Below are positions 1-8,343 of a stretch of 63,432 bases of DNA, piece after piece (the first letter of the stretch is position 1; each line of letters opens with the position of its first letter). Both the position numbers and the translations under genes were made by a program. Source of the stretch: Clostridiales bacterium (GTDB lineage: Bacteria > Bacillota > Clostridia > Oscillospirales > CAG-382). The notes under the pieces were generated by a model, which saw only the letters and a program-made list of their open reading frames with translations, was not told the DNA's origin and did not search any database. Location: positions 1-63,432 of the forward strand of contig JAEESG010000002.1 of the NCBI GenBank assembly GCA_016286245.1. The letters run 5' to 3'.

Positions 1-50
1 ATAAAAGCGAAAACGAGCGTCAGCGCCGCAATTATTATAAGTCTCTTCAT
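1..50 (-). CDS. 5' end of a CDS that runs off the left edge. The N-terminus MKRLIIIAALTLVFAF.. looks like a signal peptide; function unknown.
   Basis: ATG at 50..48 preceded by GGGGATGA (Shine-Dalgarno-like). Hydrophobic N-terminus. Only about 16 codons are visible. Confidence 0.3.
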   Translation of the reverse strand, partial: MKRLIIIAALTLVFAF

Positions 51-155
51 AAAATTCATCCCCTTTTTCCGGTTTTAGCACTTTTCTACCTATACAATTA
101 TATAATATCACAACGGATACAAAATTTCAAGGAGATTTTGCGCCCGCATGTACGC

Positions 156-195
156 AAAAAACCCTTTGGAATTTGAAATTTCCAAAAGGGTTTTG
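156..195 (-). terminator. Rho-independent terminator downstream of the toxin gene
   Basis: Hairpin aaaaccctttgga(157-170)/tccaaaagggtttt(181-194), flanked by A/T runs. It lies just after the stop at 212. Confidence 0.55.
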
Positions 196-211
196 CTGTT
201 TTTTGAAATTA

Positions 212-478
212 TTACTTGTTATAAACGTCGCTTCTGTGTCCGACGTTGAGAATAAGAATCGTTACTACGTCGTCCTTTATTTCGGCGAGCAGCCTGTAAT
301 CTCCCACGCGGAACCTCCATCCGCCGCTTCTGTTTGCGGTAAGGGCTTTTCCGTGCTGTCTCGGATTTTCACAGCCTTCAAGATTTTTGCGCACCCATCC
401 CAGAATAAGCGCGGCTGTCTGCTTGTCAAGCTTTTTCAAATCCTTTAATGCGCGCTGCGTAAACTCAACTTTATACAT
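212..478 (-). CDS. Type II toxin, RelE/ParE superfamily (88 aa)
   Basis: Small basic protein whose N-terminus (YKVEFTQRALKDLKKLDKQ) and C-terminal WRFRVGDYRLL..ILNVGHRSDVY are typical of RelE/StbE-like toxins. Its start overlaps the stop of the upstream antitoxin ORF by 1 nt. Confidence 0.85.
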   Translation of the reverse strand: MYKVEFTQRALKDLKKLDKQTAALILGWVRKNLEGCENPRQHGKALTANRSGGWRFRVGDYRLLAEIKDDVVTILILNVGHRSDVYNK

Positions 479-699
479 TACTTTAATCCCAGTTCCTTTT
501 CTGCTTCATCAAGCGAATAGGTAACCGGGTTTGCTTTGTATTCTGCCACGGCTTTATCAAACGTTTCAAGGTCGTATTCGTTTTCAATACGCTCTAAAAC
601 AGATTGTCTGATTAAATCCGAAACCGACATCTTGTTTATTTCCGCATATTTTTTGATAAGCATTGTATCGTCATCCGATAATCTCAAAGAAATTGTCAT
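478..699 (-). CDS. Type II antitoxin with a ribbon-helix-helix N-terminus (73 aa)
   Basis: MTISLRLSDDDTMLIKKYAEINKMSVSDLIRQSV is an RHH/CopG-like beta-alpha-alpha N-terminus. It is translationally coupled to the RelE-like ORF. Confidence 0.75.
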   Translation of the reverse strand: MTISLRLSDDDTMLIKKYAEINKMSVSDLIRQSVLERIENEYDLETFDKAVAEYKANPVTYSLDEAEKELGLK

Positions 700-712
700 A
701 TCGCTTCACCTC

Positions 713-750
713 TTGTATTACATTGTATTACAAAATCTCAGGTTTGTCAA
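713..750 (-). promoter_or_regulatory. Sigma-A type promoter plus a tandem operator repeat for the TA operon
   Basis: On the minus strand: TTGACA (750..745), 17 nt, TACAAT (727..722). A direct repeat of ttgtattaca x2 (713-722, 723-732) forms TTGTAATACAA-type palindromes that overlap the -10. Confidence 0.55.
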
Positions 751-829
751 TAGTTTTTGCAAAATTTTATAAAATATTAAAAAGAGCCGACCGATTAAAA
801 AATCAGTAAGCTCCGAAATCAGATAAATA

Positions 830-1822
830 TTATTCCCACTCAATCGTTGCGCTAGGTTTCGGCGTGAGGTCGAACAGCACTCTGTTCACGTTTTCCACTT
901 CCGACGTGATTCTCTGAGTTATATGTTCAAGAAGCTCGAACGGCACGTTCTCGACCGTTGCGGTCATTGCGTCCCTTGTGTTTACGGCGCGGATTATTAC
1001 GGGATATGCAAACGTGCGTTTTCCGTCCTTTATGCCCGTCGATTTGAAGTCGGGCACTATCGTGAAGTACTGCCATACCTTGCCCGCAAGTCCGTTTTTC
1101 GCGAATTCCTCGCGAAGTATCGCGTCGCTTTCACGAAGCGAATTCAGTCTGTCGCGCGTTATCGCGCCGAGGCATCTCACTCCGAGTCCGGGGCCGGGGA
1201 ACGGCTGGCGGTATACCATGCCGTCGGGAAGGCCCAGCGTCTTTCCGACTACTCTCACTTCGTCTTTGAAGAGGAATTTGAGCGGTTCAACAAGCTCGAA
1301 TTTGAGGTCTTCGGGAAGTCCTCCCACGTTATGATGCGCCTTTACGCCGACGTCGCTTTCGAGTATGTCGGGATAAATGGTTCCCTGCGCGAGAAATTCG
1401 ATGTTTTCAAGCTTTCTCGCCTCTTCCTCAAACACGCGGATAAATTCCGCGCCGATGGTCTTTCTCTTTGTTTCGGGGTCCGATATACCCGCAAGCTTAT
1501 CTAAAAATCTGTCCGTCGCGTCAACGTAAACGAGGTTTGCCTTCATCTGATTGCGGAAAACCTCTATAACCTGCTCCGGCTCGCCTTTGCGCAAAAGTCC
1601 GTGGTTTACGTGCACACACACGAGGTTTTTTCCTATCGCCTTTATAAGAAGCGCCGCGACAACCGAGCTGTCAACGCCTCCCGAAAGTGCAAGCAGCACC
1701 TTTTTATCCTTTATCTGCGCACGCAGAGCCTCTATCTGTTCGTCAATAAACTTCTGCGCCGCGCTTTCCGTCGTAATTCTCTCCATGGTTTCGGGTCTTT
1801 TGTTGTCGCTCATATTCAACAC
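830..1822 (-). CDS. guaA: GMP synthase, ATP-pyrophosphatase plus dimerisation domains only; no glutamine amidotransferase domain
   Basis: SGGVDSSV PP-loop, NHGLLRKGE, and the C-terminal ...KPSATIEWE signature of GuaA. At 330 aa it starts about 45 aa before the PP-loop, so the roughly 190-aa GATase domain is absent. Confidence 0.85.
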   Translation of the reverse strand: MLNMSDNKRPETMERITTESAAQKFIDEQIEALRAQIKDKKVLLALSGGVDSSVVAALLIKAIGKNLVCVHVNHGLLRKGEPEQVIEVFRNQMKANLVYVDATDRFLDKLAGISDPETKRKTIGAEFIRVFEEEARKLENIEFLAQGTIYPDILESDVGVKAHHNVGGLPEDLKFELVEPLKFLFKDEVRVVGKTLGLPDGMVYRQPFPGPGLGVRCLGAITRDRLNSLRESDAILREEFAKNGLAGKVWQYFTIVPDFKSTGIKDGKRTFAYPVIIRAVNTRDAMTATVENVPFELLEHITQRITSEVENVNRVLFDLTPKPSATIEWE

Positions 1823-1900
1823 TCCTTATATAAAATAATTTATTATATTATAAAATAATATTTTTTCAAAATCAAGATTTTTTCACGATTTCCGCAGATT

Positions 1901-3025
1901 TTATCCGTTTACGACCGCAAGTTTGAATATCATTTCCTCTATCAGCGCGTATCCGTCCGTTTTCGAGCTTTTAAGCAGCATATCGTACTTTAAGCACACG
2001 TCCGACGCATATTTTGCGTAGCTTCCGCCGCCCGAAAACTCTTTGTCCCGCGTGTTGATTAAGTTTACATAATTCCTTATCACAAAATCGCGCAGTCCCG
2101 TTTTTTTCTGAATTTCGGGAAGAGTTTCGCCTTTTTTATACATTTTATCGACGGCGCACAGGTCGGCGACGGCCTTTGATACGGTCGCGCACAGAAATAT
2201 TTCGTCGTCGAGCGCATTTTTGAAGACCGTAAACGCTTTCATCGCCTCTTTATATCTGCCTTTAAGCGCGTTTGAGGAGATGTCGAAAACCTTTGCGTCG
2301 GTGCTCTTTTTACACAGCTTTTCGACGTCGTTTTCGGTAAGCTCCGTTTTGTTTTCGTGTTTTAGATACATTATGCAGTTATCGATTTCGTTTTTCAGCG
2401 TCAGCATATCGTTTCCGACGTAGTTTGCGAAATATGAAAGAACGTTTCTCGGAACGTCGATTTGTGCCTTTACGAAATGTTTTTGTATCCACGAGAGCAG
2501 CCTCGGGCTTCCCGCGCTTTCGTGCCTGAAATTTACGGTAAGAGAGGCGTCGCATATACTTTTGTAAATACCCTTCGATATTTTTTCTTCCTCGTCGTTA
2601 TAAAGGAAGAACACGGTGATAACGCCCTCGGGAAGCGATGAGAGCTTTGACAGAAACTGCTTTTCCTCGCTTTTTGAGAGCACGTCGAGCTTGGGAAAAA
2701 CAAGTTTTACGAGGCGGTATCCGTCGGAGGAATCCGCTTTTTCGTCGTTTCCGAAAAGGCTTGCGCTCATCAGAACCGGCGAGGTGTCGCAGGCGTCAAA
2801 AAAGCCGTCAAGAGTAAAATCCGCGCCGTAAAGCGCCTTTACGTTAAGCTCCTTTTCGCCGCACGCTTTTGCAAGTTCGTCGTAATAGTAATTTTTCAGG
2901 TATTCCTCTTCGCCGTAGAAAACGTACGAGCCCGAAAGGTCCGCGTTTTTGATTCTGTCCCTTAAAACCGAAAGGTTCGAGGCGTAAACGTCTTCTTTTT
3001 TCGGCTTATACTCCGTTTTTGCCAT
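1901..3025 (-). CDS. holA: DNA polymerase III subunit delta
   Basis: N-terminal ..YVFYGEEEYLKNYY.. motif, 374 aa. It sits in the conserved Firmicute position directly downstream of comEC. Confidence 0.8.
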   Translation of the reverse strand: MAKTEYKPKKEDVYASNLSVLRDRIKNADLSGSYVFYGEEEYLKNYYYDELAKACGEKELNVKALYGADFTLDGFFDACDTSPVLMSASLFGNDEKADSSDGYRLVKLVFPKLDVLSKSEEKQFLSKLSSLPEGVITVFFLYNDEEEKISKGIYKSICDASLTVNFRHESAGSPRLLSWIQKHFVKAQIDVPRNVLSYFANYVGNDMLTLKNEIDNCIMYLKHENKTELTENDVEKLCKKSTDAKVFDISSNALKGRYKEAMKAFTVFKNALDDEIFLCATVSKAVADLCAVDKMYKKGETLPEIQKKTGLRDFVIRNYVNLINTRDKEFSGGGSYAKYASDVCLKYDMLLKSSKTDGYALIEEMIFKLAVVNG

Positions 3026-3058
3026 AGGTTCTCCTTAAAAAATCAATTGTGCTTGGTT

Positions 3059-4639
3059 TTACGGTCTTATAAACGCTCCCGCGCCGAGAAAGACGGCAAA
3101 TCCGCACACCGCCGCGTATATTTTGGCGCCCCTCGTTCTCTTTCCCGCCGCGGCAACGCAAAGAAAAGCCCCGATGAAAAATACTATAAGAGAGAGTTCC
3201 GCCATATCGATTTTTATGTTTGTAAAAGAAAATTTTGAGAAAAAGTCCGCGATTTTATAAAGAATCTGCGCGCAGAACGAGTATGCGTATACGGCGATTT
3301 TTCCGAAAATTCCCAAATAATTCCACGGAAATACGGCTATTATCCACGCTCCGCAAAGAGCGATTGCCGCCGGAAGTCCCGAAAAGAAGCTTGCGGCAAT
3401 GCCGACCGGCGTTATTCCGCCGTAAAGCGCGGCTATATAGAAGGACGAAAACGCAAATGCCGAAAAGCTTATGGCAAACATTCCCGCAACTGTGCATAAA
3501 ATAACGTTTTTCCCGTATCTTTTTTCAAAGATTTCGAAAAAATAAAGTGAAAGCAGTATTCCTGCGCAGGACAGGAACGAAAGATGAAGTCCCGCGTCAA
3601 ACACCGCCCTCGGCGAAACGAGAATTATAAAGTCAAACGCCTCGACAAGCCTTTCCGTGCATCCGTATCTTGCTTTGCGGCCTGCCGAATAAAGCATGAA
3701 CACCGCCATTATCGCCGCTCTCACCGCCGAAAGTGCAAAAGCCGACGTAAAAAGATAAAACGCCGCGCCCGCCGCAAATACCGCATACCTGACTTTTACC
3801 GGGCTTTTCTTAAACGCTCCCAGCGCGTTCATTGCGTATAGCAGAAGCGCCATAATGACGGAAAAATGCATTCCCGAAATACACAGAATATGCGTTATTC
3901 CGCTTGCGCCGAATTTATTGTAATCTTCCTTTGAAAATTTGGTTTTGTCTCCCAGGATAAGCGCGAAAGCAAGTGCTCTTGCGCGGTTATATTCCGTTTT
4001 GTCGGAAATAAAATTCAGACTTTTGTCTATTTTTTCGGAAAAATAGTTATAAAGCGTTTTCTGAAAATCAAATACGTAATTCTGCTTTTCAAAGCCCGTG
4101 CTTATTATTTCGGCGTCAGAAACGACGCATTTTATTCCTTTCTTTAGCAGGTTTTTCGTAAAAGACGGGTTTCCGACCTCTTCAATACGGCGCACCGTGC
4201 CGTAAAATTCGATTTTCGTGCCTTCAAAAAAGCTTGTATCCGCGCCGTGCTTTATATAAACCTTTATTCTTTCGGCTTTACCGCCGGCAACGCCCGTAAT
4301 TTCCGCTTCCGTTCCGTTTGACGCGGAATCTTTTCTTATCTCCGCACAAAACAGCACTTTTTCGTTTCCGTATTCTTTTATGAATTCTTCGGTTTTTACG
4401 TTTACGCTGTAATTAAACGCAGCGCCTCTTACAACGGCGGCGGCAAGAAGCAAAACCAAAAGAAACGCGTTTCCCGCCGCTTTTTTGCGAAAAAAGGCAA
4501 AGAAAACAGAAGAAATCACGGCAAACGCAATCGCCGTTCCCGCGTTCACTTTTCCGATAACGCAAAGATAAATCACGACGGGCACGCAGAGCAAAATCGC
4601 CGCATAAGGCGCGCCCGCTGTCTTTTCTCCTTCTTTCAT
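3059..4639 (-). CDS. comEC: ComEC/Rec2 family competence membrane channel protein
   Basis: Polytopic membrane protein with the ComEC core motif GITHILCISGMHFSVI. I prefer the start at 4639 (MKEGEK, preceded by AGAAAGAGGA). The longest ORF extends to 4696. Confidence 0.85.
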   Translation of the reverse strand: MKEGEKTAGAPYAAILLCVPVVIYLCVIGKVNAGTAIAFAVISSVFFAFFRKKAAGNAFLLVLLLAAAVVRGAAFNYSVNVKTEEFIKEYGNEKVLFCAEIRKDSASNGTEAEITGVAGGKAERIKVYIKHGADTSFFEGTKIEFYGTVRRIEEVGNPSFTKNLLKKGIKCVVSDAEIISTGFEKQNYVFDFQKTLYNYFSEKIDKSLNFISDKTEYNRARALAFALILGDKTKFSKEDYNKFGASGITHILCISGMHFSVIMALLLYAMNALGAFKKSPVKVRYAVFAAGAAFYLFTSAFALSAVRAAIMAVFMLYSAGRKARYGCTERLVEAFDFIILVSPRAVFDAGLHLSFLSCAGILLSLYFFEIFEKRYGKNVILCTVAGMFAISFSAFAFSSFYIAALYGGITPVGIAASFFSGLPAAIALCGAWIIAVFPWNYLGIFGKIAVYAYSFCAQILYKIADFFSKFSFTNIKIDMAELSLIVFFIGAFLCVAAAGKRTRGAKIYAAVCGFAVFLGAGAFIRP

Positions 4640-4887
4640 CCTCTTTCTCGTTCCTTTTTTGGATTTTTTATTAACCGTTTGTCGAAAACCATGCAATATT
4701 TTTTCGTTTTCTCATTATATGAACGGTATTTTTTAACGAATAATTGACGGTTTTTCAAAAAACTGAAAAATCGCTGCGATTTTTGCAAAATTTCCGTTCG
4801 GTTTTTGACAAAATACACATTTTCAAAAATATATTTTTTCAAAAAAGTTTCAGATTGAATCAAAAAGTTTTTTCGGCAGAAAATGCC

Positions 4888-4916
4888 TTGATTACCCGTT
4901 TTTTGTGTGATAATAT
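4888..4916 (+). promoter_or_regulatory. Candidate sigma-A promoter for spo0A
   Basis: TTGATT (4888-4893), 17 nt, TG-n-TAATAT (4908-4916, extended -10), about 55 nt upstream of the start codon. Confidence 0.4.
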
Positions 4917-4970
4917 CTTTTTGCGCAAAAAAATAAATTTAACGCGAGAAATTTCTCAAAAAAACGAAAG

Positions 4971-5750
4971 GTGATAATGATGGCTTTTTCAACTCAAAAA
5001 AAGAAAATTATCGTCGCCGACGCATGCGGCGATTTTGCATCCGGCCTGTCGGACGCTCTGAACAGCGCGGGTTTTGACGTTATCTGTGTGTGCGCCGACG
5101 GGGAAAGCGCGGTTGCAAAGGCTGAAAAATTCCGCCCCGACGCGATTATTTCGGACGTGCTCCTGCCGCGAATCGACGGTGCGGAGATGATTTCGAGAAT
5201 CAAATCCCTGTCCTTCGACTATTCTCCCGTTTTTATCGTCGCAAGCTCCGTCTCCAATCCCGCCGTCTTTTCGGAAGTACTCTCCGCCGGCGCCGATTAC
5301 TGCTTCATGAAGCCGTGCGAGTATTCGTCGATTATTTCGCGCCTTCAGAAAGCGTTTCTCAAAAACGCGTCGCAAAAAGAGCTCTTTCCCTTGCGCGATC
5401 TCGAATCGGAGGTTACCTCCGTAATTCATCAGATCGGCGTTCCCGCGCACATAAAGGGTTATCAGTATCTGCGATGTGCGATAATGATGACGGTCAGAAA
5501 TCCCGATCTTATAAATTCCGTTACCAAGGAATTATATCCCTCCGTCGCAAAGGAGTTCTCCACGACCTCTTCAAGAGTGGAGCGCGCGATTCGGCACGCG
5601 ATAGAGGTTGCGTGGGACAGAGGGGACATAGACATTATAAACTCATATTTCGGCTACACCGTGCAGAGCGCCCGCGGAAAGCCCACGAACAGCGAATTTA
5701 TCGCGCTTGTTTCGGACAACCTGCGCTTGAAAAACAAGCTTGCGGTATAG
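4971..5750 (+). CDS. spo0A: Sporulation master regulator Spo0A (receiver domain plus Spo0A_C DNA-binding domain)
   Basis: The C-terminal block [16 protein letters not shown]...[15 protein letters not shown]...PTNSEFIA is the near-invariant Spo0A signature. The N-terminal CheY-like receiver contains ..[11 protein letters not shown].. and ..FMKP... Confidence 0.9.
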   Translation: MIMMAFSTQKKKIIVADACGDFASGLSDALNSAGFDVICVCADGESAVAKAEKFRPDAIISDVLLPRIDGAEMISRIKSLSFDYSPVFIVASSVSNPAVFSEVLSAGADYCFMKPCEYSSIISRLQKAFLKNASQKELFPLRDLESEVTSVIHQIGVPAHIKGYQYLRCAIMMTVRNPDLINSVTKELYPSVAKEFSTTSSRVERAIRHAIEVAWDRGDIDIINSYFGYTVQSARGKPTNSEFIALVSDNLRLKNKLAV

Positions 5751-5753
5751 ACC

Positions 5754-7559
5754 TTAACTCTGTTTTCCCTCTCCGTCTTCTCCGACGCGCGTGTCTGCCG
5801 GAAGAAAGATTTTAACCTCGGTACCTTCTCCCTCTTTACTTGAAACGGAAATTTTTCCGTTATGCGCGTCTATTATCTCTTTTGCTATGGAAAGCCCGAG
5901 TCCCGTGCCTCCCGCCTGCACGGAACGGGACTTATCGACTCTGTAAAACCTTTCGAAAAGGTGCTCTATATCTTCCTCGGGGATACCGATTCCGTTGTCT
6001 GTAACGGCAATTTCGTATCCCTTTCTTCCGCTCTTTGAAAGAAGAACTTTTATTTTTCCTCCGTCAGGCGTGTATTTTATGGCGTTTCCTATGATATTCG
6101 CGATAACCTGCTCGATTCTTTCCTTGTCGGCGTATATCGCGCATTTTTCCGAAAAACCGCTTTCATAGGAAAGCGTGTGGCCGTGCACCTTTGCTTCCGG
6201 CTGCAAAGAAGCGCACATTCTGTCAAGCGTTTCGCCTATGTCAAAGGTGGACGGGCTCCACGTCATGCGTCTGTTGTCGAGCCTTGACAGCACGAGCAGG
6301 TCGTTTACGATTCTCGTCATTCTGTCGGATTCGTTGTCGACGATTTCAAGAAACTTCTTTCTGACCTCCCGCGGCATTTCGTCGTCCTCGAGCACCGTCT
6401 CGGTCGCGCCTTTTATACTCGTAAGAGGCGTGCGCAGCTCGTGGGAGACGTTCGCTATAAATTCGCGCCTGCTCTTTTCAAGCACCGCGCCGTCGGTTAT
6501 GTCCTGCATAACGACTATATAACCCGTTTTGGTTCCGTTTTCGTAATCAAACGTCGAAAAGTCTACGCTTACGACGAGTTCTCTCGTCTTTACGTCGCTT
6601 AACGTATGCTCCGCGATGTGAAGCTGTTTTTCGCTCTTTAACTTCTTCATGGTTACGTCCGCAACTCCCATTGCCGCCGTAAGCTCGCTGAAAGTGGGCT
6701 TTGTGTGTTCGGGAAGCGAAAGCATTTTCAAAGAATTCGGATTTAAGTGCAGCGGCTGTCCCTTTTCGTCAAACGCCGCGACGCCCGCTTCGAGTCTGTT
6801 TACGATATTGTTTAGTTTCTCCCTCTCGCCCGACACGGCGTCGAGGTTGTTTTCAATAAACTGCGCCATTGAGTTGAAGTTGCGCGTCAGCGTACCTATC
6901 TCGTCTCTCGAGCGGTTTGTAAGGCGCTCCGAGTAGTCGCCCGACGCGATTTTCTGCGCGCCCTTGGTTATGTTCTGTATCGGCAGCGTTATCGCTTTCG
7001 CAAGGAAGAACGCCATTATAAACGCGATTACAAGGCCTATTATGAGCGCCTTTATTATAATCGAAAACAGCGTGAACGACAACATCTGCATTTCCGTCAT
7101 GTCGTCGATTATATACACTATGCAGCCGTTCTTTTCTCCCTCGACGCAGAACGCATAGTCAAACACGTCCGCTCCGAAGGACTGCTCCTTTCCTTGTCTT
7201 CCGTTCATCGCCGAAAGAACGTTTTCGGTAAGCTTTACTTCCTTTGCGTTCTCAACGCTTGACGAAAGCGTGTTTGCGTTTCTGTCGAGAACGTAGAAAT
7301 TACGGTAGTTGTCAAGTCCGAACGACGACGAATACGCGAGCATTACCTCCTTTATCTTTTCGGGGTAGTCCTCGCTGTCGATTACGTCGTTTATTCTGAC
7401 AAGCGCCGCTCCTTCAAGCGCGTCGTCTATTCTGTTTACAAAATCGTTCTTATAGTATTCGTATATACTGTTGGTAAGAAATATTCCCACCGTCGCCATT
7501 ACCGTGATTATGAATACTATGAATATAAGAACCAGCTTGGAATTCAGCGTCTTATACAC
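5754..7559 (-). CDS. Sensor histidine kinase (TM - extracellular - TM - HAMP - PAS - HisKA - HATPase)
   Basis: H-box SHELRTPLTSI, N-box NAIKYTP, G-boxes DNGIGIP and GTGLGLSIAKE. There are two N-terminal TM segments. Confidence 0.9.
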   Translation of the reverse strand: MYKTLNSKLVLIFIVFIITVMATVGIFLTNSIYEYYKNDFVNRIDDALEGAALVRINDVIDSEDYPEKIKEVMLAYSSSFGLDNYRNFYVLDRNANTLSSSVENAKEVKLTENVLSAMNGRQGKEQSFGADVFDYAFCVEGEKNGCIVYIIDDMTEMQMLSFTLFSIIIKALIIGLVIAFIMAFFLAKAITLPIQNITKGAQKIASGDYSERLTNRSRDEIGTLTRNFNSMAQFIENNLDAVSGEREKLNNIVNRLEAGVAAFDEKGQPLHLNPNSLKMLSLPEHTKPTFSELTAAMGVADVTMKKLKSEKQLHIAEHTLSDVKTRELVVSVDFSTFDYENGTKTGYIVVMQDITDGAVLEKSRREFIANVSHELRTPLTSIKGATETVLEDDEMPREVRKKFLEIVDNESDRMTRIVNDLLVLSRLDNRRMTWSPSTFDIGETLDRMCASLQPEAKVHGHTLSYESGFSEKCAIYADKERIEQVIANIIGNAIKYTPDGGKIKVLLSKSGRKGYEIAVTDNGIGIPEEDIEHLFERFYRVDKSRSVQAGGTGLGLSIAKEIIDAHNGKISVSSKEGEGTEVKIFLPADTRVGEDGEGKQS

Positions 7560-7611
7560 GTTTTTTCCTCCGTTGCGACGTTTCTTTTTTTCGCAATGTT
7601 TTCCGGTATAT

Positions 7612-8325
7612 TTATTCTATATAGTAACCCACGCCGCGCTTGTTTTTGATGTACTTCGGCTCGGACGGGTTGTCCTCTATCTGCTTTCTGAGTCTTGCTA
7701 CTGTAACGTCCACGGTTCTTATGTCGCCGTAAAACTCATTGTATCCCCAGACCTGCTCTAAAAGCGCTTCCTGATTGTATTTCCTGCCGCGGTTTTTCGC
7801 GAGGAATTCAAGTAAATCGTACTGCTGCTTTGAAAGCGACACTTCCTCGCTGTTCTTTTTTACGGTAAGCGTCGTGCAGTTTATTATAAGCCCGTCAAGG
7901 TCGATGATTTCATCGTTTTCGCGCTCGTTGTTCGCCTTCTGCACGTTTTCGCCGGAGTATCTCCTTATGTTTGCCCTTATTCTCGAAAGCAGCTCCGCGT
8001 TGCTGAAAGGCTTTGTCATATAGTCGTCGGCTCCGAGTTCAAGCCCCATCACCTTGTCGCGCTCTTCCTCTCTTGCCGTGAGCATGATTATCGGCGTGTC
8101 AAGCCGTTCCCTTATTCTGCGGCATATTTCAAAGCCGTCCATCTTTGGAAGCATCACGTCAAGAAGCACGAGGTCGTATTTTCCCGAAAGCGCATACGCA
8201 AGGCCCTTTTCGCCGTCGTTTGCAACGTCGGTGTCGTATCCCTGCTTCCTTATGTTGTATTCAATAATATCCGCAATGTTTTTTTCGTCCTCAACTATGA
8301 GGATTTTCTTTTTTTTAGCTTCCAC
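7612..8325 (-). CDS. OmpR/PhoB-family response regulator
   Basis: Receiver motifs (ILIVEDE..., LVLLDVMLPKMDG, MLTA, KPF) plus a winged-helix C-terminus (RTVDVTVARLRKQIE). It lies directly upstream of the kinase. Confidence 0.9.
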   Translation of the reverse strand: MEAKKKKILIVEDEKNIADIIEYNIRKQGYDTDVANDGEKGLAYALSGKYDLVLLDVMLPKMDGFEICRRIRERLDTPIIMLTAREEERDKVMGLELGADDYMTKPFSNAELLSRIRANIRRYSGENVQKANNERENDEIIDLDGLIINCTTLTVKKNSEEVSLSKQQYDLLEFLAKNRGRKYNQEALLEQVWGYNEFYGDIRTVDVTVARLRKQIEDNPSEPKYIKNKRGVGYYIE

Positions 8326-8343
8326 GGCAGTTTTCCTTTCTTT

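Noticed and set aside
4805-4835. A second possible spo0A promoter: TTGACA at 4805-4810 with a TATATT-like -10.
   Set aside because: The spacer would be 19 nt for the best -10 hexamer. No convincing sigma-H (-35 RNAGGAWWW, -10 GAAT) pair could be aligned, although GAAT occurs at about 4857. The evidence is too weak to call.
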